Source of the DNA: Dimorphilus gyrociliatus
Lineage: Eukaryota; Animalia; Annelida
NCBI GenBank assembly: GCA_904063045.1
Contig: CAJFCJ010000006.1
Coordinates: 1,713,601 to 1,777,600 of the forward strand
Length of the DNA: 64,000 nucleotides
Reading direction: 5' to 3'
Both the position numbers and the translations under genes were made by a program. Positions 1-12,900 of the stretch are shown here, piece by piece; the first letter of the stretch is position 1; the number at the start of each line of letters is the position of its first letter. The notes beneath the pieces were generated by a model. That model was not told where the DNA came from, did no database searches, and saw only the letters and a list, made by a program, of their open reading frames with translations.

Positions 1-150
1 AATAATAAATTAGATAAATTAGTTCTTGAAAAAGTGAATCAATATTCCATAAAAGGGGCAAAAAGGGCTTTCTATCCAAATTTATAAAGGCAAATTAACA
101 GAGTGACTATTGTTGCTTTGTAAAAAATTTTAAATAGAAATAAAGCTTAC

Positions 151-2681
151 CATATAGAAAGGACTAACAAATGTTTCACGAATCTTTTTTATATCGGATG
201 TTGGTGTCTGTGATGATAGAGATGACAAGCAACCAGATAGCTTGCGGACAGCATCTTCGACAGTAAAAGGAGTTTCCAAATCTTTTAGAGGCGTCTCTCT
301 CTCATCACTCAAATCATGCGGACAACAAGTCGCATTATCGTATTCCTGGTATTTTGGTTGATCGCTAATAACGGGGGCATTTGTCTCTGGCCTATCGACT
401 TTCTCCAATTTTCTCGCATCTGATACAATCTTGTAAAGATCCATCAAATTTTGCCTGACCAGAGGCGGCATGGGGTTACAACAAGCTAAAATGCCTTGCG
501 CCTCCTTTGGTAAATATTCGGCTATTTGTAGTAGCATGTGATTTGGTAAAACATAACCAACAGATTCATCTTCTATCCTTGCTATGCCATCTCTCCATCC
601 ATACAAGCCTTTTAGAGCCGCTAATTGTCTGTTGTTAAAGGTTTTCGTGCTTTTTGTGTAAAGCGTTTTGTAGCTATTCTCATCGAAAAGAGGCTTTTCG
701 TAGGTTTTACCGCAAACGTTACGACTTTTGTCTAAGACGGACAACAGTAAATTTTTGTTTTCGTTTCCTCTGCTCAAAAGCTCATTTCTCATAATATCAT
801 AGATATATAACAAATAGTGCGAATCTTCTCTTGCATACTTGATCAATCCACTAGGTAAAGGTCGAATACGCCAATCAGCCAATTGGTACTGTTTGTTTGC
901 CTCTACTTGACAATAATGCTTTAGAAGAAATGCCAAACTATAGCGGGCTAGTCCTAACTGCTTAGACGCTGGGAAGGTATCGAACATATTTACGACATAC
1001 AATCCTAAATCTCTCTGCAGCCATTCAATATCATAATCTGCCCCGTGAAAAACTTTCACAATATTCGGATCGCTTAATACAATATTCAGATCCTGGAGAT
1101 CGCAACGCAACTTTAGAGTGTCAACAATATAATCATGGGAACGAGTAGAGATTTGTACTAGGCAAGTCAACCCTAAAAATGTTCTAAATGAATGTGCTTC
1201 TACATCCAGTGCAATCTCTTTCTCCCTTCTCAAAGCGGAAATCATTTCAACTACTTGTTCTTCAGTCTCGACGAACGTATAAGGCGTCTCGCTTAAGATT
1301 AATGGTTTCTGAGGCTCCCGGAACTCTAATTGATAATCCGTGTATTCTAAGTGGTCTAATTCGTATTTGTACGGATGTGGTGTCCTATAACTGCACATGA
1401 AATTTCAATGTTTAAAGAGACTGCTTGTTAGTCTTGTATAAAAAAAAAGAAACAAATGGGAAAGTTCTTTTCCTCCCACTATTAAATACTCAAGTGTAAA
1501 GCATAAAATTAATTAATAATTAAAAAAAAACCAACCGTTGATTCTCACAGTCATCATTTGGTAATCTTAAACTATCTGTTAACATGACATACTTTAGTAC
1601 AATATATATAAATATAGATATATTAATATAAGCTTATGTTATATAAGTTGAACATATGTACGTCTTGTAAATACCTTCTAAAGAAATTTTTGCATTCGGT
1701 TTAAATTTAATTAATGGAACAAAAGGTCTATTTCCATTGTCGACCTTTTCCCGGAATTGAAGTTGCGGCCTTGTTATATTTCTAGCTGTTAGCAATTTTG
1801 CAGTCGTTGGGGAAGAATTATCCGTCTAAAAAATATCATTTATTTAATTATGATAAGTATTTTGTATTTGACTAATCAGCTAGTCAATATAACAGAATAA
1901 TTACAATCTTATTCCAACTTCCAGAAATATGATGGCGTGGTGAAGATGTTACTGATACTACAACTGTACTTTTATCATTCTTAAGGCCAGCAGCTTCATC
2001 TAAGTGTATTCCCTGTAGTGATCAAGTATATTTTATTGTAAGATGTTCTATATTTAATAAATATACGATGTTCTTTTTTAAAAATATATACAAAATCAAG
2101 CTGTTCACTATTAAGAGCTAATCTGTTTTTACAAATCCGAATTACGTGGGGTACTTACAATGCCTTCCAACAATTGATCGTTTGCATCAACTAAAATATC
2201 AAACTTATCCTCGACGTTGGGATTTTCCAGCGTGTTTAATAAATTTCCTTTAGCACCATGAAACTTCATTATATTCTGTACGCTATTCAAGGAGGAAAAA
2301 AATACTTAAAACGCAATCAATAAGTGGCAGTTAGCCATACTTTTGTAACAGTCTATTTCCCTCATAGTCTAAAACATCTTTCATTTTTTGAAAGCTCGAA
2401 TAGTAATCATAATCTTGGCCTGAAGGCAAACCGTTTGCAGACTTTACGCATTTCATTACATTTCCAAATACATTCTGTGTCAAAATATTGCTTTTGTTAT
2501 ATTATCGCTCAGATTGTGTTATTTAGGTGATTAAAGATAGGTTTTAAAAGAGACTCTGGCTAAAATATTCTGTTATTTTGTTATATATTACTTTTGTTAT
2601 TTCGTCAACGTCAAATTCTCCGAGAGAAGTTGTTTTTTCATCCGATTGCGGACACGCGCTTTCGCTCGTGGAGGCCGCCAT
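151..2681 (-). CDS. EXOSC10: Exosome 3'-5' exonuclease Rrp6/EXOSC10 (PMC2NT + DEDD-Y exonuclease + HRDC), multi-exon; 3' end unresolved at the left edge
   Basis: ATG at 2681 (MAASTSES). Small exons give ...GQDYDYYSSF..., ...VEDKFDILVDANDQLLE... and ...RPQLQFREKVDN.... The large exon 1390-151 has IALDVEAHSFRTFLGLTCLVQISTR, FHGADYDIEWLQRD, QLADWRIRPL and an HRDC segment. GT donor at 150. Confidence 0.95.
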
Positions 2682-3033
2682 TTTATTTTTTGTCGTTTGC
2701 GTATCTCTAAAAGCTCAACTATAGGCCTACATCGTTTCTAAAATTATACGTAAATTAACTTTTCCTTCGCTAAGGGTGAAATAGGCTTAACTCAAATTTG
2801 AAACTAATTAATAAAGCGTCGAGTGAATTTGCAATAATAATTGGGTCAATTACTTTTTATAGAAAGGTCAGCAAAAGTCGAAAAAAAAACAATATTAAAA
2901 TATGTAATTCAATGTAATTTGTTGTCATGTTATTGTCCTTTAAAAGAAATTACTCAACGATTCGAAAATACTTCTGAAATAGTCTGCATTCTAAGCTGAT
3001 TTCAGTAGGATTACGTTTTCTGCCTCATTCACC

Positions 3034-3085
3034 TTCTCTCGCTCTTCCCTCTCTCTTTCTCTCTCACTCACTCTTCAGCTCTCTA
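3034..3085 (+). repeat. Imperfect (CT)n pyrimidine-rich tract
   Basis: ttctctcgctcttccctctctctttctctctcactcactcttcagctctct read directly. Confidence 0.6.
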
Positions 3086-5521
3086 ACCCAAACGCTCTTT
3101 TCCCTTTTTTTTTCTCCTTAGTACAAAAATTCAATAGAGAAAAAAAATCGATCCTGAGACGAACTATTATAATTTTTTCCTAGTTTGTCACAATTAATCT
3201 CTACTATAATATGTTATATAGCAGTAACTCAAAAAACAACCACAACTTAATTATTAGAAAAGTATTTCTAATGACAATTAGATTGATATGAAAATAACTT
3301 GAAATAGGCCTACATATATATATTATACGTATACAAGTACACAATATACTTTCAAAGGCTGCAATGATTTTGATTAACGTTATTCATTAGTTGATAGTAA
3401 TTAGTAGAAAATATCTGTATATTTCATTCTATTTATATGCTTAAAACAAAAAATATGATAAGAATTGTACAAATTCCATTTATGCTATTGATAAATAGGG
3501 AATCGCTCCTTTTTCCCTCATCGCCCTATATGTGTGTAAATTATGGTTGGATTATTCCCTCTATACATTTTAGTGAGGATTTGTAAAGGAAGAAAGAATT
3601 TCTTTCTTTCTTTTTGTATATCTATAATGAGATCTATAACGGTTAATTCGAATCATTCTTAGTGATAAGATAAAAAAACTAGGAGGGTAGAGAGACTGAG
3701 AGACAGGATAGCTAAGGGGGAAGTAGGAGATAATTAGAACGTTTTTCCCCTGTATATATAAATACATCTGTAAAGGAAAACCTAAGGCCTAAATTATTTT
3801 ATTACGAATATTAATGAGGTTGAATATCCTAAGGGTTGCAATAAGAACCATCGCCTATTTCTAAATGAGATACCAGCCCATTTATAATAATTATTTCTTA
3901 ATAAATTGATTTGTAAAAACAATGGATACATGCAAATTCTTTCTGCTAATTTGACATGTCATTTCTAGCAAACAAGTAAGAAATTAAATTTTCACGTGAT
4001 TTATAGAGAAGAGCAATGCAAAGTAACGACTGTAAGAAGAAAAAGAGGAAGAAAAAGAAGAAGAAGGGCAATTTCTAGCTGTACTTTTCCTAGAATTTAT
4101 CCAAAACAGCAGTATGCATATATAGATTTATGATATTTTTATGTTTGAAGTTTAGGAACAAGTACTATCTGTTCCTTTGCTTTCCACAATTTGTTACTTG
4201 GGAATTGCTTGATTTTATGAAACCTTACAGAATTTAAGAGCAATAAGAATAATGAAATTATCATAGATTACTTTGGATTTTTTTCATTAGATATTTTATT
4301 AAACTAAATGAAATAAGATTTAGAGAGAAAGGAAGAGATAGTCTCATTATTAGATTTTAAGTATGTGTATCTCATACAATTATCATATGAGCCATCTATC
4401 GGTAAGTTTACAATTTCTGTCCTGTATCGTCAAGATTATCTAGGAGCCTGCAGGGAGATGATAAACAAGGTTGTACGTGATAGGAAAGGAATCAGTAATC
4501 GAGATTTTAAACAAGACCATCCATACAATTTTATATACTTACGCAGAAATTCTCCATCTCTAACTCTCTTACATTTGTTGATAATATATCATCAACACAA
4601 CACAGTACAGTTAGCTTAAGCGTTAGAAATAAAGCACACCCATTGGTAATTTACATGAGATCTCTGAATCTGACTCTAGATTAATACTCAATCAAGCTAT
4701 AAAGATTTGTTTCTCTAGTCTGCAACTTAGCCGTATCTTCTTTTTTTTTGTTATCATGTTTATCTATTCTATTATTTCATTGGTTATTCTCTCTTTCTCT
4801 TAAGAAATCTGGTTTTTAAGTTGTAAAACTAAAATAAATAAGTAAATAAATAAATAGGAAACCACATTCCTATATAGGCTTTTATCAAACTTCTTAAGAC
4901 TTTTCATATACAAAACATTAAACGTATATCTTATTTATGGAAGTTTAGTAGGTGTACAATCTGTGTTTAAGTACGCTTCAGGTAGAATACTTATTGATGC
5001 TACTGTTACTAATTTCTTAATAATTGGTTGATTTCAAGTACTCATCACTACTTTCCTCGCAGCAAGCTCACATTTGGCACATTTTAGTTAAACTTAAAAG
5101 AAAATCACTCCCTTACAAGTTATACTTTTCTTTTTTGTTTCTTTTTATTTCAGTAGTCTTTCTTTTTAACATCAGCATTCTGTACGAAGTTTGCTAAATA
5201 GGCAAGATTTATCAGTTAACTTTCCAGCAGATGGCGTATGCTCAAACACATTATACTTAGATATGAAAAAATTTTTCATCCTAATCATTAGCAGCTGCTA
5301 ATTAATAATTATTTCACAAAATATTTACTTTTCAATAATGCTGACAAAAGCTTTTTTAGAATCATTTTTTGAGTAATGTTTGACTAACTATGGTTAAGAG
5401 TGGCAAATGATTACATATTCTTCCAGCTGATAATACATAATTTTGCGCAGATGAGCATTTAACCTTAACTTTTTTCAAGTATAAATTCAGAAAATGTTTC
5501 AGTAAAAATCGTAACTCAATC

Positions 5522-6608
5522 ATGAGAGGTTTAACAATCGTATTAGCCGCTTTATTTTGGTAAGCTATACATTTGGATAGAGAACATTTTGAGTTTCTTT
5601 TTTGATTCTAACTTTCATTTTTATATTTGTAGTGGTGTTGCTTGTCATCCAAAACCAGGATCTGGAGGACACCATCCCCCAATGTCTGGATCTGGTGAAC
5701 CACACCCCCCAATGTCTGGATCTGGAGGACACCATCCCCCAATGTTTGGATCTGGAGGACACCATCCCCCAATGTCTGGATCTGGTGAACCACACCCCCC
5801 AATGTCTGGATCTGGAGAACACCATCCCCCAATGTTTGGATCTGGAGGATATCAACCCCCAATGTCTGGATCTGGTAAACCCTACCCTCCAATGTCTGGA
5901 TCTGGTGAACCACATCCACCTATGTCCGGATCTGGAGATCATCCCAAAGAACCAATGGAAAGATGCCCAGCTCTTCAAAACTGTTACACGATATTCGCCA
6001 GCGTAGATTTTACTAAAAAATGTCACGCAACTGCTGACAAAATGTTCGAATGCTTTTCTAGTCAAAAACCAGAAGATATCTGTAGCAAAGGTTGCAAACA
6101 TTTATCCATTTTAGCCATGAAAAGTGTTGGCCGTAGTATGGCCCATCTCTATTGTCCAGCACGCAAAGATTGCCCGAATGTGGCTGAAAAATTGCCATCA
6201 GAAGAACAGATGAAAAGATTCTTTGAAGATGATTCTCTCTGCAAAAATCAAAAAGCTTTAAAACATTTAAGATACCTGAGGAAAACTATTGAAAATTTCG
6301 AAGGTGATTTAATCCAATGCGGTATAACCGATATGATTAATGTCGAAATTTTCGATGTACTGGAAGTTATTGCTGAAGCTAGATGTGATGGATGTGACTT
6401 TAGGCCTGCTGCTAAAGGTTTCTCTCAAGTTACACCTGGTCGTTTCTGCCCAATGCAAAAAAAAATCAACCAACAAATAGATACTATTATTCAAGCTCTG
6501 TCTGGTGATGCAAGATGCCACAAACTTACACAAAACAAACACAAAATGGTTGCTCTCGTCGACAGAACTATTGGAGTTTGGTGTAATGCTGAAAACGAAT
6601 GTAAGTGA
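5522..6608 (+). CDS. Secreted protein: signal peptide + His/Pro/Met/Gly decapeptide repeats + Cys-rich C-terminal domain (2 exons: 5522-5559, 5633-6608)
   Basis: Exon 1 gives MRGLTIVLAALF, then a GT..AG intron at 5560-5632 joins in frame (tg|t = Cys) to GVACHPKP. TATAAA lies at 5480. There are 16 Cys after the repeats. Confidence 0.9.
5658..5945 (+). repeat. Coding 30-bp tandem repeat, 9 full units plus a partial one, with a 90-bp higher-order duplication
   Basis: The unit ggatctgg(a/t)g.ac.cca.cccccaatgt(c/t)t starts at 5658 with 30-bp spacing. Units 1-3 and 4-6 differ by one base. Confidence 0.95.
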
Positions 6609-7141
6609 CTAAGTAGAATATTCCATCTAGTTTTTTAAAACTTTTCGTTATATATAATAGATAGCAATATGTGCGGACATGCCGATATGGGATCACATTC
6701 CGATAGGAAGAGAAGAAGTTTTGCCAAGAATATCTTCACAAGATTGTTTCCAGTAGCTTAAGTAAAATATTGGTCAGAATACTTGCAAAATATTGCAATA
6801 AATAAATTAATTTTGATTTATAGCAATGTTAATTATGAAACTGAAATATGAATTAATACATTAAAGCACTTAGATAAACTTGAATGAGTTATTTATTCAA
6901 AGATGCGCGCAAACCATCACAAACATTGTATTGCTATTAAGTCAATTCTTATTTAAAGTAAAAATGAAAATATTATAGAAAACAACTTTTCATAAAATTG
7001 GCATTCCTACACCCTTAAATAACTTCATAATCCTTCATAAAATAATAATGGATTAATTTAATTAGTTTAACAAGTCGAATAATCAATTCAACGGGAAACA
7101 AAAGATGATATCTAAAAATTGATATCCTGATGAAACAGTTA

Positions 7142-10100
7142 TCACGCTGGACGCTTTACAATTGCTGGTTTTACACAACTATCGGGAAAATATCCAGCTT
7201 TTCCACAAGAAAGCATGCCATATGACCATCCTCGACGAAGAGGGTCCTACAATAACAAGTCGAGTAGTTATTTATTTTTATAATATGATTAATTACAAAC
7301 CGTTCCAAGTCTTTTCAAGTAATCTCCTCTTCGTAATCTTATTTGTCCTGGATTAAATGGTATAAATTCTTGTCGAACAACAAAAATTTTATTGGCTGGA
7401 CATTTTCCTGACCTATAAAATAGATATTGTTTAGAAAAATTTTGCATTTATCTTAGCGATCCTAACTACCTTAGGATTGGTGGAACGGGTGGTGGCAAAA
7501 CTGATTGATTTTGCACTTCGGACTTTGCTTTTTTCGGAGGCAATGTAAGTTTTGAATATTCTGTCAGTTCAGACGCATGAGAGCTTTTACTTGGAATAGG
7601 AGGCTGCGGATATTTAGAATATTGCATTAATAATAAGACAACTTTTTTAAAATGGGAGCCCAGAGTGACCTACCTGTTTTTTATTGTCATAAACCCCTCG
7701 TTTTACTGGATAACTTATTCTGGAGCTATCATCAGCTGTATTTGGAGTTTCTCGAGTTTCACTAGGTACTTCGGGAAAAAAGTCAGTATTCTTTATAAAT
7801 GCCTCTAAATTTTCTTGCTTCCAAGATGATTGGGACTTCTCTTTCAGTTTATTGTCACTGCAATTAATATTTTCAGACGCATCGTTTGATTTAATTTTAT
7901 CATGAAAACCAGAAGCACTTGAATATTTATGAGTATCACTGTCACTATGTTGATTTTTTATTCGGCTATAATGATTACTTTCTGAGTCATCTTCGCTAAT
8001 TCTTGAGAGTTGGGTTATATCATTCCAGGTACTTGTTTTCGTTGCTTGTTTCGGATAAAATAGTTCTTCGTCAACAGGTTCTTTCGATGGACTTTTATGT
8101 TTTTTAAGTTTTGAATAATTATTAAATTCACCTTCCGTTTTGTCGCATGCATATTTTTGCATTTGTGCTGTCTCCTTTCGCATTAAAGATTTAAGATCAG
8201 GCGGACTTAGTGGAGGCTTAACATATTTTAAAGGTGAAAAAGTTTTAGATTTTTTGTTATAAGACGCTTGCTGTTCTTGCGTGGTTTGTTTGTGTTTATT
8301 TTCATCATATTTTCGGTTATCAATTTCGCGATTTTCTCGTAAACACAATTCGTTCATTTTAGACGCCATTGATCTATACTGTCTTTCAAGACTTCGGGCA
8401 CGTTCGTACAATTTCCAAGAAGGTGGTGGTCTTGGTGGTGGTTGTTTAGGCCTACTAGAGCTACGATGACTGCTACTCGTTACTGGTTTAGTGCTTCTGT
8501 CTCTATTCATCCTTTGAGTTTGTTGGTTAAATTCTCTTCTATCTGGTAACTTGGAATGGTGCTTTTTTGAGCTCAACTGACTACTCTGCTCCTCTCGCAT
8601 TTTACGGTTGCTTTCAATATCACGATGATGATGTTGTTTTCTCGGTTTAGAAGAGCTTCTTCGGGTCGGAAGATTTCGTTCGCTATCGCAAACGCATCTT
8701 TGACAGTTACCTGATGAGAGCACTTTGTTGGAACCACCATCTAGCTTTGAACGTCTCCTGTGTTTTTGTCTATCTGCGTATTGAGCAGCCGTCGCACATT
8801 TACTTATTGACGGAGGTCTTGACGGCCTAGTTGCTTTTTCTCGACAAGTGGACTTGTCGCTTGATTCTTCCCATTTCCCATTCTGGGCTTCCATTGTGTC
8901 GTTCAAAAACTCTTCAATACGATCTCCTCGTGGAGATTTTTCAGAGGGTGTAGCTCTTGACTCAAACATTAGTGATTGATAAATTCCGCTTTCATCTTTA
9001 TGACTTTGAGTTTTCTTTTCAGGTAGAGAATGAATAGAGATTGTTGGGGATGCCGGGGAATGAGAAACAATCTCATTACATCCCTCATGTTTCACGCACG
9101 TTTCAGATACGTCAAGTAATGACCTACTAATCGCAGAGTTTTTTTCAGATTCCATTTGACTTTGATGGAGTGACAGTTTATCATCAGCTATGAGTGACTC
9201 TTTTACTTCAGTTTCATTTGTTGACGCAACCTTGAAATGATACAATTTTCATTTCTCCTATTGCCTAAACGAAAACTTACGATAGGTTCAGTCCTTTCTA
9301 ATGAGGGATTTTGTGAAATTTTCTTAGCTTCCAGTTGCAACCTCCTAAGTTGTGTAAAGGGCTCCTCTGACATAATATCCACTTTTTGAGAATTGCAAAT
9401 AGACAATTTTGATGCCTGATCAACAGGATCTTCTTTAACTATAATTATTAAAACATAAGTGAATTATTTTTAGTTTATATATAAATTAATCATGTGAATG
9501 AAGGTAATTTACCTATTTCAGCACTAGCAACATCCTCATCTCTAGAATGCAAATTACTTTTAGACGTACGATGTGATTGACAATCCATCTCATTAGTTTC
9601 CTCATTCTCATTCTGTTTGCTTACTATTTGTATTTTAATCATTTCGAATTTTTTACTAACCATCTTTTGAACATAAACTTTGGCTATCCATCCGATTCGT
9701 TTAGTCCGTAAATTTTTAGCTTTCAACCATCCTAAATTTTCTTGAATCGGCGATAAGATATCGCCCTCTTCAGTCACTAGTTCACCCGATTGTTTCGGAA
9801 TATGTTGACGTTTTGCTTCGTACCCAGAACGTAAGCCTCTGATTACAATATTAACATTTATAGCTTAAAGTTAGATATAGATATTCTGTGATGATTACGA
9901 CTTATTTAAAAGCGAAGTAGATCTCTTATAATCAGCTATGGAAAAAGAGCAGTGGCATTTTATGCTTTTTACGTATATTAAGAAATTTTCTTGTTAAACT
10001 GCTTCAACAGAGCTTTAGATCTAAGAAAAAATGTCTTATAACTACCTATTTCGCGTCTAAAAAGATAATTACAATGAACTCGCCATTATAGTATTGTATT

Positions 10101-10668
10101 GGTATAATCAGGAGGATTATTCATGTAAAAATATGTCAAATAATAATTTCTACGAAACTGCTAATCTATGTACCCAACTAAAATTCTCTTGGGCATACTC
10201 TTTTGGTAATAAACTATTTAAATTGATATTAATTAAACTAATACTAAGTAATTTTCAATTTTCTTGAATTATAAAATGTATACCCTCTTTTCGAACCGAC
10301 ATCCTTCTTCTTGAACCTTAAAAGAATAAATTGTTAAAATTTTTTAGACAAAAAAGAAATTAATACATACGCCTGCGGTTGACGTTTAGCTGCACCACTC
10401 TCTGACCCTGCTGCACTAAAAGTATCTGATGTTAAAGAAGTCATCTGAAATATGATAAAAATTATACTATTGACTCGACATTTTCTATTTCAAAGGTTCG
10501 ACAAACCTCAGAGAATGATTCTTCTTCAAATTCTATAAAGAAAATGGTTTATTAAAAAGATGTTAATTCGAATTGATATCTTAAAATTAACTTACCTGCA
10601 GAATCTGAACTGCTGTCGGAATGAATAATCGGATTATAGAATTTTATTTCACTCTTCGGTGGTGTTCG
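7142..10668 (-). CDS. Large low-complexity, Pro-rich protein with a C-terminal SH3 domain; further 5' exons (to ~12100) unresolved
   Basis: A phase-consistent exon chain runs from 10668 through the 9245 ORF to 7674, then 7603-7470, 7412-7301 and 7246-7142. The last two exons encode IFVVRQEFIPFNPGQIRLRRGDYLKRLGT|DPLRRGWSYGMLSCGKAGYFPDSCVKP, an SH3 pattern (GW..G...GYFP). Confidence 0.75.
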
Positions 10669-12202
10669 CTAAAAAGAACATGTTCAAATAGGCAACCCTC
10701 TACACTAAATAGAACCATAAAAAGCTTGTAAGGAGCTAAAATTCTGAGAGGTCTGAGTATAACTGATAGCTTAGTATCTGAAGTAAATGTAAATTGACAT
10801 CCAGGCAACAACTCAGATTTTAACCTCTCAAACATCAAAACCTTTTAGGTTGGATTTGGTAAAGTTTCTCTTCTCTGCTTTATGACGAATTTTCAAAAGT
10901 TTACCTAAAAGTATACTTTACCTTTTTCAACTTCTTCCATTGCCAGCAACCGCATGTTGAAACTTTTAAGGACAAAAACAAATATTATTAAGTACTCACC
11001 TAACAAGGGGAAAAACTTGTTCGTTGAGCAAATGTATCACTGTACTTACCAACTCTTCTTCTATGATGAACAATTGACATGCTTTTTAATATGTCCTCAA
11101 AAGGTCAATATAAAAAATTGTTTTTGAGTATACAAAGTCAATTACTATAAACTTGTATCAGCCTAGGAAATTTTTTAATAAATAATATATAAAACGTTTC
11201 TTAATAAATAACTATTAAATATTAATAAATTAAGAATTGTTTAAGGATAAAAAATTTCAAGTATTTTATTTTTGGAACTTTAGAAAGAGGGAATTAAAAA
11301 GAAAACAAAGAGTTAAAGTCATATTTTTCATGCAACAGTCTCTTAAAAACTAGCAATAGATGGATATTATTTGTAAGAATTTAATGAATATACTGTCTGA
11401 TTTACGTATTAATCATAGATTTATATTTTCTAGTAATTATGTGAGAAATAACAAAAAGAATTAAATATCGCTCACAGACTAACTTAACGAAGTTCAAAAT
11501 TACGTAATGAAAACTTGTCCGTTTAAAATATATATTTATATATATTAGAATGGTATATTATATCTATCTAAATCTTTATCAATTAAAGTAAAACAAGTAT
11601 TTAAAAAACACTTACCACAATGTTCTTCTCATTTACGTTCACGTTTTCCTAAAACATTTAAAGTATCTTCTTAAAGATATGATAGTATGGTTACCAATTC
11701 ACAATTCAAAAGCATTCGCGCAAAAAAGTTAGGGAACAGATAACCCGCTGAAAGAGTCTTCTTTGTAAAATCTTCTTCGAAATTAAAAAAAATTGATTTA
11801 TATACACAAATGATTAATAACATTCAAATAGAAATAATTCTATAATTCTCCATTAGTTTATGAAATTTTGAGAAAGGGATGTTATATCCTCTAGCGATGG
11901 ATTCTTTTCATCTTGAAGTATTTGGTAAATAAAATTAAAACTTTGTCTTAATTTTTTTAAATCTTCTACTAAGTTCTTGTTTGGTTTGTTTGGAGATAAT
12001 ATAAAATTATGTATTCATTTAAAAACGAACGAATTGTATTCAGATAGACAAGAAAATTATTAACTATACCATGCAAAGGTTCTTTTTTTCTTGTTGGAGT
12101 TAGACCAACTAAAGAGTCACCTATAGGCTAGAAAGGCAAAATATACAGCAGCTCCATCTATTCAGGTAATCTCCTTAATCTCCTTATTTGCTCTCCGTAA
12201 AG

Positions 12203-12864
12203 ATGCTGAAGAGAAATATTTTTTTCATCATTGCTTTTATATATAACCCATGTTTGGCAAATTCAGGTAAGAGATAATAAATAATGTAAATAAATGAAAT
12301 GTTTATTTCTTTTTGTCAAAAAGAAGATATTTATTTATATTTCAAGTTAAAAATAGTATATAAGGATGAAAGAATGCAAATATTATTTGAAAAGTCATTT
12401 TCAAGAAGTAGACAAAGTACTTTTTTTTCTCTTTTATATTTACTTTAAAGAAATTGTTAACAAACATTTTCTTTTTGGCAAAATGTAGTAAATATGTAAT
12501 ATAATATATAAATTTGCAAAAGAAAAACTCCTGGAAAGGAGCCTATCTAACTGCAAAATGGTTAAAGTCAATTGTAAAGTTCTTTCAATTTAACTTGTAT
12601 GAATGTAAAATTAGTTTTTAGCTACAATTGTCCGCAGAGATTGACCAGTTTTTAGCAATAAAGATCTTCTATGGCCAGCACGTCTGTTCTTTATATGCGG
12701 AGGGTGTAATTACTGACTTATCCGATCCTAATGAGCTGATTCAAATTACCTCAATTAAATCGAATGTGATATACTCGTCTCTGCCTTTTTTTTAAATCGA
12801 ACATTTAAAATTTTTTTATCCTAATCTAGCTAATTTAGCATTCTTTCTGTCTTTTATATATACA

Positions 12865-12900
<36 letters not shown>

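Noticed and set aside
4365-4619. 84-aa ORF and opposing splice-like signals in the 3-5.5 kb intergenic region
   Set aside because: No domain or codon-like character, and candidate spliced products are only a few codons long.
5565-6101. Three alternative-frame and antisense ORFs over the 30-bp repeat
   Set aside because: They result from a stop-poor tandem repeat. Only the spliced plus-strand frame has a signal peptide, TATA box and coherent C-terminal domain.
11000-11050. GTAAGT...TTAG|GTGAGT on the minus strand resembling a recursive splice site
   Set aside because: Equally explained by alternative donors of an unresolved exon, and a ~50-nt intron gives no reason for recursive splicing.
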